Source of the DNA: Alphaproteobacteria bacterium | Lineage (GTDB): Bacteria > Pseudomonadota > Alphaproteobacteria > SHVV01 | DNA length: 64,000 bases | Direction of reading: 5' to 3' | Assembly (NCBI GenBank): GCA_965261735.1 | Contig: OZ253470.1 | Coordinates: forward strand, 2,656,001-2,720,000 | In this document: piece after piece, positions 49,104 to 58,274 of the stretch | Layout: each line of letters opens with the position of its first letter | Numbering within the stretch: position 1 is the first letter of the stretch | The notes under the pieces: generated by a model | Databases searched by the model: none | What the model was told of the DNA's origin: nothing | Seen by the model: only the letters and a program-made list of their open reading frames with translations | Made by a program: the position numbers and the translations under genes

Positions 49104-50261
49104 CTACGCGGCTTCCCCGAACATGCGGTCGAGGTAGTAGTTGAGGGCGTGGTGGATGGGCTTTTCCACGTGCGACATGGGGCCGGGCTCGAACCATCGC
49201 GAGCCCGTCGCCCGCTGTAGCGACTGCACCATCTCGGTATCCTCGGCGATCGTGTCGATCGAGGTCTGGCAGTAGGTCTTCACCACGTCCTTGAAGTTGG
49301 GGAGCGTGAAGAAATCCTCGGGGAACAGGACGTAGAACATGAGCCGCAGCGAGCTCACCGAGGTCGGCCAGCAGACCAGAACCGAGACGTTGTCGACGTA
49401 GGTGAAGGTCTGCATGTTGGGAGCGAGGAAGCCCGCGTGCGCGAAGTCGTCCGGCTTGTCCTCGAGCCACGGCATCTTGCGGTCGAACCACAGCGTGCCC
49501 GCAGGCCCGCGCGGCGGCATCTGGTAGGAGAAGGTGTGGCCACCGCGCCGGCGCAGCTCGAACTCGACAGCGGCGGCCTCCCAGCCGTCCTTGCCCAGCG
49601 TCGTGTCGTGCAACGTGTTCACGTGGTAGTTGTCCATCGCGTTCTCGACGAACATTTTCCAGTTGCAGTCCATGTCGAGGACGAAGGTGTCGGCGAGGCG
49701 AAGCTTGTCCTGCCGGTAGATGGCGAAATCGCGCTCGAAGTCGGCGACGAAGTCGGCCAGGGGCTCGGCCTCGGGATCGAAGGAGATGAAAATCCAGCCG
49801 GCCCAGGCGTCGATCCGTAACGGGTGCAGCCGACAGCGCGAGGCATCGAAGGTCTCGGCCTGGTCCATGTAGGCGGCGCCGATGAGCCTGCCCTCGAGGT
49901 CGTAGGTCCAGCCGTGATAGGGGCATGAGAACTGGCGCGCGTTACCGCGCCCGTAGGCGACCTCGACACCGCGGTGGCGGCATTGGTTGGCGACGGCGTT
50001 GAGTGCACCGTCGGCGCCGCGCGTGACGAGGACCGGCTCGTCGACGACGGTGAGCGTCAGGTAGTCGCCGGGGTTTGCGAGCTCCTCGACGCGGCCGACG
50101 CAGAGCCAGTCCTTCATGAAGATCTTTTCCTTCTCCATGCGCAGGACCTCGGCCGAGCTGTAGATGTAGCCGGGTACGTGATGTGCCCGCTGTAGCGGAC
50201 CGCGCGTGGATGCCAAGCCTCCGCCCAGCGCCGCTCCTGTGGCCTGCTCGATTATGGCCAT
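49104..50261 (-). CDS. Rieske oxygenase alpha subunit (choline monooxygenase-like)
   Basis: CRHRG...CPYHGW, NWK..VEN..DNYH...LH, ED. Confidence 0.92.
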   Translation of the reverse strand: MAIIEQATGAALGGGLASTRGPLQRAHHVPGYIYSSAEVLRMEKEKIFMKDWLCVGRVEELANPGDYLTLTVVDEPVLVTRGADGALNAVANQCRHRGVEVAYGRGNARQFSCPYHGWTYDLEGRLIGAAYMDQAETFDASRCRLHPLRIDAWAGWIFISFDPEAEPLADFVADFERDFAIYRQDKLRLADTFVLDMDCNWKMFVENAMDNYHVNTLHDTTLGKDGWEAAAVEFELRRRGGHTFSYQMPPRGPAGTLWFDRKMPWLEDKPDDFAHAGFLAPNMQTFTYVDNVSVLVCWPTSVSSLRLMFYVLFPEDFFTLPNFKDVVKTYCQTSIDTIAEDTEMVQSLQRATGSRWFEPGPMSHVEKPIHHALNYYLDRMFGEAA

Positions 50262-50356
50262 TTTCCGTCCCTCCTCGCCCGAGGATGTCCGAGCACCCAT
50301 TGTAGGAACACGCGAGACAGCGGTCCAGAGAACACCGAAGTGCGATCCTCGCCTGG

Positions 50357-50545
50357 CTACTCCGCCTGCCTCGACGGGTACGGGACGCTGCCGTACGAGC
50401 AGTAGACGCAGCAATCGCCCTCCCGCAGCTTCAGCAAGGTGCCGCATCCCTCGCACTCGTAGAAGTATTGGCAAGAATCGGTCGGCATCGTTTCGGTCTT
50501 CTCGTGCCCGCAAGCCGGGCAGGTAATGGTCGATTCGAAGATCAT
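50357..50545 (-). CDS. GDCCVxC-domain small cysteine-rich protein
   Basis: STITCP.CG....E.MPTD.CQ.FYEC..C......GDCCVYCSYG. Confidence 0.85.
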   Translation of the reverse strand: MIFESTITCPACGHEKTETMPTDSCQYFYECEGCGTLLKLREGDCCVYCSYGSVPYPSRQAE

Positions 50546-50896
50546 GTCGCGCCCCTCGCTCTCTACAACCGCCCTTGGGCTCGCGGCCCAGAAGCCGCAG
50601 AATCGCCGCAACCCTCGCGCCCTCGCGGTCGATGATGCCGTCGGGGCGCCGCAGCATGATGATGTCATAAGGGCGCCTCGACCACGATCTCGATGCCGAA
50701 CTTCTTAGCAAGCGCGGAACACGTTGGCGTGAAGAAGCCCTGCGGCCGGTGGATCAAATCGCCTGGGTTGCGTCCGGGGGCAAAGCGCCGCGGGCTCACC
50801 AATTCGTGTTCATGTCCCTGTTGCGCGTGCAACGCTCGGTCATCACGATGTCGCGCGCACGCTGCTGCGTGCCGTCAACGAAAGGGAGGCGACACC

Positions 50897-51748
50897 ATGA
50901 GGTTCGGTCTTTGGAAGGGCGTACTCGGAATTCTGGTCGCGGCACCGGCGCTCGCATGGGGTGCGCCGGCGCAGGCCCAACAGGCGCCGCAGCGGGCGCT
51001 CGTCAACGTCGCCGGCGATCTCTACCGCTGGCAGAACAACTTCCACTACGGGGTCGTGTACGACACGCCCGACGGACTGATCGTGGGGGACACGATCAAC
51101 GCCGACGCGTCGCGATGGCTCAAGGGCCAGCTCGCCGAGCGCTTTCCGGGCAAGCAGGTCAAGTACGTGATCTTCAGTCACGAGGACGGCGATCACGCCT
51201 CGGGCGGCGAGGTGTTCGCCGACACCGCCACTTTTGTCATGCACGAAAAGGCCGACAAGCTGCCCCTTCGGGTCGACGAATCGAAGATCCTGCGCGTCGG
51301 CGACCGCCACGACCTCGCCCTTGGCGGCAAGGTGGTCGAGCTCCACTATTTCGGCCGCAACCACTCCGACAGCCTCATCTTCCCGCTGTTCCGCGACGAG
51401 AAAGTGCTTTTCGTTGTCGACCTGGTGACACCTGGCAGCGTCGGCTTCCGCGATTTCCCGAACGCCGACATCGACAACTGGATCGAGAGCCTCAAGAAGG
51501 TCGAGGCGCTCGACTTCAACATCCTCGTACCCGGCCACGGCAGGATCGCCGACAAGGGCGCGGCGGCGGCCTATCGCGAGTACAAGACCGCGCTGCGGGC
51601 CGCGGTCAAGGCGTAGATTGACGCCGGCAAGTCGCTCGATGAGATCAAGGACATCGTCAAGATGGAGGACTACAAGAGCTGGGGCGGCTACGAGCGCATG
51701 TTCGCCCTCAACGTCGAGGGCATGTACCGACATCTCATGGGCCAGTAG
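50897..51748 (+). pseudogene. secreted metallo-beta-lactamase-fold hydrolase with an in-frame TAG at 51614-51616
   Basis: Signal peptide, SHEDGDH, VPGHG; the frame continues 43 codons past the TAG (IDAGKSLDEIK...NVEGMY). Confidence 0.75.
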
Positions 51749-51769
51749 CTCCGATCGCGCCCGCGCAAT

Positions 51770-52895
51770 GGGTTCGCCCTTCTCGGAGATATTCGATCTC
51801 AACGGCCTCACCGTCTACTCGTCGGAGCCAGCCCAGATCGGGGCCGACAAGAGCGATAGACCAGGCGTCCTCTCCGCCACCCGGGAACGGAGGCCGGCGA
51901 GCAAACTTACGCACAAGGGCTCCTTCAGCGCGTTCGCCAAGGTCGTATTCGACCGCGACCTTGTCGAGAGTTATGTCCCCATCGCGGGCGAAGACGGCTC
52001 CGTCCAAGGGTGTTCGAGCTCTATGCGGACGTGTCCCCCGTGATCGCTAGGATCAAAACGACGACCATCGAGCTACTGATGGTTCTCGCCGCGATGTTCG
52101 GGCTTCTTTACGGCGTGCTGTTTCTGATCGTCCGTCATGCCGACCGCATCCTCAGGCGCTCGCATGAGGACCTGCGCGCCGCCAAGGCGAGTGAAGAGGC
52201 CAAGGTGATTGCCCGCACGAGCGAGCTACAGTGGTCCAATCAGGCTCTCGCGCTCGCCAAGGAGGCGGCCGACGCCGCCAATCACGAGAAATCCCAGTTC
52301 CTCGCCAACATGAGCCACGAGCTGCGGACGCCGCTCAATGCCACCCTCGGCTTCTCATCCTCGACCTCTCGAGGATCGAACTCGGGCAGCTGGAGATTCA
52401 TGACGAGCAGGTCGACCGGGCGGAATGCGTGGACGAGTGTGTGCGCGTGCTCGACGGCAAAACCGGTCACGCTGGGCTCGAGATCGAGACGGCCGGTTGT
52501 CGCGACCTGCCGGTCATCAGAGCCGCCAACCGCAAGGTCAGGCAGGTCCTCTTCAATGTGCTCGCCAATGCGATCAAGTTCAGCCCTCGCGGCGGCATCA
52601 TTTCGATCCGAGGGGACCGTGCCGGCGCGGGGGGCGCCGCTCTCAGGGTTTCGGATAGGGCATCGGCATGTCGGCCGAGGACATCGATACGGCCTTTTCG
52701 CTATTTGGCCCGGTTGCCTCGGGTATGGACCGCGACTATCAGGGGGCGGGGCTGGGGCTTGCGCTGTGCAAGTCGATCATGGAAGGCCACGGGGGGACGC
52801 TCGACATCGAGAGCGAGCTCGGCGTCGGCACGATCGTGACGCTGAATTTCCCTCATGAGCGCGGCTACGGGCCGCGGCACGGCTTGGGTACATGA
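51770..52895 (+). pseudogene. sensor histidine kinase remnant (5'-truncated, frameshifted, internal deletion)
   Basis: [35 protein letters not shown] and GAGLGL...HGG are spread over several frames. Confidence 0.85.
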
Positions 52896-53338
52896 AGGCG
52901 TTGGTGCAACGGGTGAGCGAGGCGCGCGTGCGCGTCGAAGGCGAAGTCTTCGCCGACATCGGCGCGGGACTCCTCGTGCTGCTGGGTGTCGAGGCCGGCG
53001 ATGGCGAGGCCGAGGCCGAGCACCTATCGGGCAAGATCGCGCGGCTGCGCATCTTCGCCGACGAGTCCGCTAAGATGAACCGCTCGCTGCTCGATACGGG
53101 CGGCAGCGCCCTCGTGGTGAGTCAATTCACATTGTGCGCCGACCTGAGCCGCGGCAACCGCCCTGGCTTTTCGCGGGCCGCCGCACCGGAGGTCGCCGAG
53201 GCCCTGTACGCCCACTTCTGCGCCGCGCTTGCCGGGCACGGCGTGCCGGTGGAGCACGGCCGCTTCGCCGCCCACATGGAGGTCGGCCTCGTCAACGACG
53301 GGCCGGTGACGATCTGGCTCGATACCGGCGCGGGTTGA
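52892..53338 (+). CDS. dtd: D-aminoacyl-tRNA deacylase
   Basis: [26 protein letters not shown]. Confidence 0.97.
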   Translation: MKALVQRVSEARVRVEGEVFADIGAGLLVLLGVEAGDGEAEAEHLSGKIARLRIFADESAKMNRSLLDTGGSALVVSQFTLCADLSRGNRPGFSRAAAPEVAEALYAHFCAALAGHGVPVEHGRFAAHMEVGLVNDGPVTIWLDTGAG

Positions 53339-53362
53339 GCGGGGTTAATCACGGCACCGCCT

Positions 53363-54277
53363 CTAGCGCGTTTTCGCTTCGATCCAGGTGCCGATCAGGG
53401 CGGCGATCTCGTCGCTATTCTCCTCCAGCATGAGCATGTGACCGTTGCCCTCGATGCCGAGATCGGAGAGGAACCAGTTGTCGACGGCAGCGCCGGCTTG
53501 CGTGAGCCAATCGGCGATCGCGGCGTCGGCCTCACGGGGGTGGTCGCGGTCTTGCTGTCCCGTCGCGATGAGAACTGGTTTGTCCCGGTAGGCCGTCACG
53601 TTGGCGACGACGTACTGGCTCCCCTCGATGTTCATGCGCTCGTGCATGAGGCGCGGCGCGAGCGGTTGCAGCGTGGCCGCGTAGCCGTCGACAAAGGCTC
53701 GCGGGAACCGGGTCGTCGTGCCCGCCAGCTTATGCCGCACGAAATCCTCGTCCACGGCCCACGGCTCATGCACCGGGATACGATGCCTGATCCCGCCGCG
53801 CTCGATCTCGATGTGGGAGTCCTGGCTATCCACGACCTCGGCGCGCGGCTGGATATTCCCGGGCGGCCCAGGCGCGACGGCGACCAGCGCAGCGATTCGA
53901 TCCGCGTGCGTTTCCAGGAGCCGCCAGCCGTAGGGCCCGGACATGGAGTGCGTCAGGAGGACGACGGGCACGCCAAGATGATCGAGAAGGCCGGCGAGCC
54001 CACTGCAAACCACCTCGCCGGTTAGCGCGTCGGGCGCGACGGCGCCGCTGCGGCCCGTGCCAGGCCAATCGGGAACCGCGACGGGATGGCCGTGCCGGGC
54101 GAAAAAGGGGGCCCAACCCGGACGGCCATCCACGGTGTGCAGGTAGCAGGTGCCGGTGTGCGCACCGCCATGCACGAGCACGAGGCACGGCTTGCCGGTC
54201 GGCCGGCGCGGCCTGAGAAGATCGAAGTACACCGCAGGCCGGGTGCACGTGAGACCCGACTCGCGGCAAATGTCCAT
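53363..54277 (-). CDS. alpha/beta fold hydrolase
   Basis: VHGG..TG, DGRPGW, THSMSG, GNGHMLM.E.N. Confidence 0.85.
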   Translation of the reverse strand: MDICRESGLTCTRPAVYFDLLRPRRPTGKPCLVLVHGGAHTGTCYLHTVDGRPGWAPFFARHGHPVAVPDWPGTGRSGAVAPDALTGEVVCSGLAGLLDHLGVPVVLLTHSMSGPYGWRLLETHADRIAALVAVAPGPPGNIQPRAEVVDSQDSHIEIERGGIRHRIPVHEPWAVDEDFVRHKLAGTTTRFPRAFVDGYAATLQPLAPRLMHERMNIEGSQYVVANVTAYRDKPVLIATGQQDRDHPREADAAIADWLTQAGAAVDNWFLSDLGIEGNGHMLMLEENSDEIAALIGTWIEAKTR

Positions 54278-54296
54278 CTGCGGAGGGCGAAGCCCC

Positions 54297-54965
54297 TTAA
54301 TCGACGGACGCCGCGAGGATCAGGCTGAGATGGGCCAGCGGGCGCCCGCTCTCGGCGGCCCATTTGTTGAACGCCGCCTGCACTGCCTGGCGCGCCTTCT
54401 TGCCCTTGGGCTCGCCCTCGTAGCCGCCCCAGGCGTTGAGCGCCTTGATGACGTCGGGCGAGAGCAGGAAGGTGTCCTTGCCGGTCATGCGCAGGAAGTA
54501 GGGCCCGGAGTAGCCGCCGAGCTGGGTGAAGCGCTTGGGTAGGTCGTCCCACAGGCCGACGATGTCGTCGGCGGGCCAGCCCGCGAGCCAGGCGCCGAAA
54601 CTCCTGTGCTCGGCGGCGAGTTCGCACATCGCGGCCGCGTTGGCCCGCGTCGCCCTGATCTTGCCCCAATGGCGGATGATGCGTGCATCCTTCATCAGCG
54701 CCTCGAGCCGCTCGTCGTTCATGGCGTGCACGCGCTTGGGGTCGAACCCGAAAAACACCTCCTCGAAGTTGGGCCATTTGGCGCGCACCATGCTGTGCTT
54801 GAGGCCGGCCGAGAAGACGCGCAACGACATCAGCGACAGGTAGCGGTCGTCGCGCTCGGCTTTTAGCTCGGCCGCAGACTTCACCTTGGGCAGCCGCTCC
54901 TTAAGCGCCGCCTCGCCGCCGCAGCGCTTCGCCGCCGTCTTGAATATCGTTTCGAATGAACGCAT
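54297..54965 (-). CDS. DNA-3-methyladenine glycosylase I-like protein
   Basis: DDRYL, VF.AG, KWP.FEE.F.GF.P, IIRH.GKI....NA, GG.SG.YFLR..GKD. Confidence 0.8.
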   Translation of the reverse strand: MRSFETIFKTAAKRCGGEAALKERLPKVKSAAELKAERDDRYLSLMSLRVFSAGLKHSMVRAKWPNFEEVFFGFDPKRVHAMNDERLEALMKDARIIRHWGKIRATRANAAAMCELAAEHRSFGAWLAGWPADDIVGLWDDLPKRFTQLGGYSGPYFLRMTGKDTFLLSPDVIKALNAWGGYEGEPKGKKARQAVQAAFNKWAAESGRPLAHLSLILAASVD

Positions 54966-55039
54966 GGCTCCCTCGCGATTGGATGCGCTAGAGGTTAGCG
55001 GCTCGATGGGACGTTGCAAGGGCTTGCCTTGCCGATACC

Positions 55040-56089
55040 ATGGTCGCGATGAAGTTCTGCCTCCAGTTTCCCCCCGACCGGCCGATCCCGGAGTTCGCGA
55101 AGCTGTGGCGCGCCGCGGACGCGGCCGGCATCGATACCCTCACCGTCAGCGATTCGCCGCTCCGCGTACACGAGATGTACATCCTCGCCACCCTGTGCGC
55201 GCGGGAGGCCGCGCAGGCCCGAATCCTCACCTGCGTCACCAACCCCGTGACCCGGCACCCCTCGGTGGCTGCCTCGGCACTCCTGTCGCTCAACGAACTC
55301 GCGCCCGGCCGCATCGCCTTCGGCATCGCCACGGGCGACAGCGCCCTATGGGGCGTCGGCCTCAAGTCCGCAACCGTCGCGCGCCTCCGGGAATACATCC
55401 TGGCCGTGAAGGCGCTGTTGCGGGGCGAGAGCGCAACCTGGCAGGGCACCACGTTTGCGGGCGCGTGGAGCGATTGGCAGCCGATCAACATTCCCGTTTA
55501 CGTCGCCTGCTCGGGCCCCAAGACACTGCGCATGGCAGCGCAGGTGGCCGATGGCCTGATTCTCGCCATGGGGTTCGCGCCCGAGGACATCGACCACATC
55601 CGTGGCATTATCGACGACGCCTGCGCCGAGATCGGGCGCGATCCGAACAGCCTCGATCTGTGGTGGAACGCCGATGTCACGTTTGCCCCGAGCATCGCCG
55701 AAGCGAGCGAAGCGAGCCTCGGTTGGGGCGTCTCGTGGCTCACCATGGGGAGCCTCGAAGGAAAGCGCATCCCCGAGCGCTACAAGGCGGCGCTCCTCGA
55801 GCTGAACGCCGACACCCACAATCTCACCGCCGTCTACCGCACGCCCGGGCGCGGGCGGCTCATGGTCGAGCGGGCCAAGAGGGCGGGTCTCTACGATTGG
55901 CTGGTGTCGCGCTCACCCCGGCTTTGGGGCACGCCCGAGGACGTGAGCCGGCGCCTCGCAGAGCTGGCGGACATGGGCCTCGCCAACTGGATCTTCTTCA
56001 CCGGGCGGACCGAGGATAAGTTCGGGCTCATCGACAAGCTCACGCACGAGGTGATGCCGGCGCTGCGCGACGCACGCCTCTCCTCCTAG
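55040..56089 (+). CDS. LLM-class flavin-dependent oxidoreductase
   Basis: VTNP.TRHP, GR..FGI.TGD, P.YVA.SGPKTL..A..VADG, GTPED. Confidence 0.9.
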   Translation: MVAMKFCLQFPPDRPIPEFAKLWRAADAAGIDTLTVSDSPLRVHEMYILATLCAREAAQARILTCVTNPVTRHPSVAASALLSLNELAPGRIAFGIATGDSALWGVGLKSATVARLREYILAVKALLRGESATWQGTTFAGAWSDWQPINIPVYVACSGPKTLRMAAQVADGLILAMGFAPEDIDHIRGIIDDACAEIGRDPNSLDLWWNADVTFAPSIAEASEASLGWGVSWLTMGSLEGKRIPERYKAALLELNADTHNLTAVYRTPGRGRLMVERAKRAGLYDWLVSRSPRLWGTPEDVSRRLAELADMGLANWIFFTGRTEDKFGLIDKLTHEVMPALRDARLSS

Positions 56090-56162
56090 CTCGATCCGGC
56101 GGTTGGAAGCGGCGCCGCCCGCCCGTTATAATCGCGCCTACGACCACGGGAGGGGCAGGACC

Positions 56163-57359
56163 ATGGCGCTCGCGGAAGCATTCCCACCCGGCAACGGAAG
56201 CACCTCCCTCGGCGAAGGGCTCGAGGCGACGCGGCGGCCGCTCGACGAGGCGCGCCACCTGCCGGCCTACATCTACACCTCGCCCGAGCTGTTCGAGATG
56301 GAGAAGCAGAAGATCTTCATGAAGGACTGGCTCGCCGTGGCCCGCGCCGAGGAGGTCGAGAAGCCCGGCGACTACATGACCTTCAACATCATGGGCGAGC
56401 CTATCGTCGTTGCGCGGAACCACGACGGCGAGCTCAACGCCTTCTACAACGTGTGCGCCCACCGCGGCGTCGAGGTCGCCGCCGGCGAGGGCAACCTCAA
56501 GCACTTCCAGTGCCCCTACCACGCCTGGACCTACGACTTATCGGGCAAGCTCCTGGGCGCGGCCTATATGGACGACGTCAAGGGCTTCGACGCGGGCGAC
56601 TGCCGCCTGCGCCCGCTCCGGCTCGGCGTCTGGGAGGGCTGGGTGTTCGTGAACTTCGATGAGCACGCGGCACCGCTCGCCGATTTCATCGCCGAGTTCG
56701 CGGAGGAGTTCGGCGTCTTCCAGCAGGGCCGCTGCCGGCTCCTGCGCAAGCTCGAATCGACGCTCGAGTGCAACTGGAAGCTCGTCAACGAGAACTTCGT
56801 CGACGTCTATCACCTCATCACCCTGCACGGCGACACGCTCACCGATTGGCCGCGGCCCGAGAACTACGACTACCGCCGTATGAAGAACGGCGGCTACCGC
56901 GCGTTCTACCAGAACCGCATGGAGACGCTCGATCCGATCCAAGAGCTCGGAAACATGCCCTGGCTGGAGGAGTGGCTCAAGGACAAGGACGCGGAACTTT
57001 TCGCCGGCGCGGGCTTCCTCGGCCCCAACGTCACCACCTTCGTACGCGCCTTCAACATCGCCCAGATCATCGTCTGGCCGATCTCCCCGGAGCGCACCAA
57101 GATCGTCCAATACACGACCTTTCAGGCCGCGCACCTCGACTTTCCCGACATCGAGGCGCGCACTGAACGGCTGCACGACGTGATGATCGAGGTCCTGGAG
57201 GAGGACCGGCCCATGATCGAATCGCTGCAGCGCGTGGGCCGCACGCGAGCGTTCGCGCCCGGCCGGATGTCGACGAGCGAGTTCCTCGTCCACAACTACA
57301 TCAGCGACTATTTAGGGCGCATGTTCGGCGGGCCAGCGCCGGCGCAGCCCACCCGTTAG
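56163..57359 (+). CDS. Rieske oxygenase alpha subunit (paralog of 49104-50261)
   Basis: CAHRG...CPYHAW, NWK..NEN..DVYH...LH; EK.KIFMKDWL shared with the paralog. Confidence 0.92.
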   Translation: MALAEAFPPGNGSTSLGEGLEATRRPLDEARHLPAYIYTSPELFEMEKQKIFMKDWLAVARAEEVEKPGDYMTFNIMGEPIVVARNHDGELNAFYNVCAHRGVEVAAGEGNLKHFQCPYHAWTYDLSGKLLGAAYMDDVKGFDAGDCRLRPLRLGVWEGWVFVNFDEHAAPLADFIAEFAEEFGVFQQGRCRLLRKLESTLECNWKLVNENFVDVYHLITLHGDTLTDWPRPENYDYRRMKNGGYRAFYQNRMETLDPIQELGNMPWLEEWLKDKDAELFAGAGFLGPNVTTFVRAFNIAQIIVWPISPERTKIVQYTTFQAAHLDFPDIEARTERLHDVMIEVLEEDRPMIESLQRVGRTRAFAPGRMSTSEFLVHNYISDYLGRMFGGPAPAQPTR

Positions 57360-57374
57360 GGCCGGCTCGGTAGC

Positions 57375-58097
57375 TTAACCGCCTATCGCTTTGGCGGGCG
57401 TGCCCTTGGCGGTTCCCGCCTCCATCAGCGCGACGACCTCGTCCGCCGTGCGCACGTCGCCGAAGGCTTGAAACACCGACCACAGTCCGGCCAGGTGGTT
57501 CTCGTCGTTGAACGCGGCGTTGGCGTCCGAGACCATGATCACCTTGTAGTCGAGCATCATGGCGTCGCGCGCGGTCGATTCGCAGCAGCCGTTGGTCGCC
57601 GCGCCGACGATCAGCAGCGTGTCGACGCCGCGCGCCGTGAGGTGGTCCTCGATGTCGGAGGAGCCCCTGATAAAGGCGCTGAAGCGATTCTTCTTCACGA
57701 TACGCTCGCCGGACGCGATGTCGAGGCCCGGGTAGAGTGCGTGCAGGGGGCTGCCGTCGATGAGCGCCGCTTTGCACGCGTCACGCCGCTCCGGGCTCTC
57801 GAAATAGTCGAAGAAGAGGGTCCACTGGCCGGGCGCGTCGAGCGGCGGCTGCGTCGATTGCAGCCACACCACCTCGCCGCCAGCCTCCCGCATGGCCACA
57901 GCCAGCCGGTTGATCGTCGGCACGATGTCGCGCGCGGGCGGGCACTCGTAGGGCGCGCCCTCGGCAACGAAGGCGTTCTGCATGTCGACCACGATCAGCG
58001 CCGTGGTGCTCGGCTCGATGGACTCGAACACGTGCAACCGACCGCGCCGCGCGACCAGGCGATCGAGGTAGGCTTGGGGGAAGTTGACCTGGTGCAT
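57375..58097 (-). CDS. isochorismatase-family cysteine hydrolase
   Basis: VVDMQN, KNRFSAF, TNGCCESTARDA. Confidence 0.9.
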   Translation of the reverse strand: MHQVNFPQAYLDRLVARRGRLHVFESIEPSTTALIVVDMQNAFVAEGAPYECPPARDIVPTINRLAVAMREAGGEVVWLQSTQPPLDAPGQWTLFFDYFESPERRDACKAALIDGSPLHALYPGLDIASGERIVKKNRFSAFIRGSSDIEDHLTARGVDTLLIVGAATNGCCESTARDAMMLDYKVIMVSDANAAFNDENHLAGLWSVFQAFGDVRTADEVVALMEAGTAKGTPAKAIGG

Positions 58098-58274
58098 GGC
58101 ATCCTCGCGAATAGCCTCACGGCCAGTATGCCAGCGCCGGGCGTCTGCGCCAATGGCCGTAGGGACGGCGCGCCTCGCGGCCACATATCCCTTGCCAATC
58201 TGCGCCCCCAATCCCATCCTGCGCCCCTGCGAGGCCGCCCCTCGCGGCGCAGGCAATCGATTCGAGGCACCTCC

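Noticed and set aside
49104-50711. N-terminal extensions in the ORF track (e.g. 535-aa Rieske, 727-aa PrpD, 515-aa ATPase, 429-aa MaoC) as domain fusions
   Set aside because: The extensions are low-complexity off-frame overlaps of neighbouring genes; better starts with RBS or stop-start coupling lie downstream.
51614-51616. Pyrrolysine or genetic-code reassignment of TAG
   Set aside because: No pyl genes are seen, and many genes in the window end properly at TAG.
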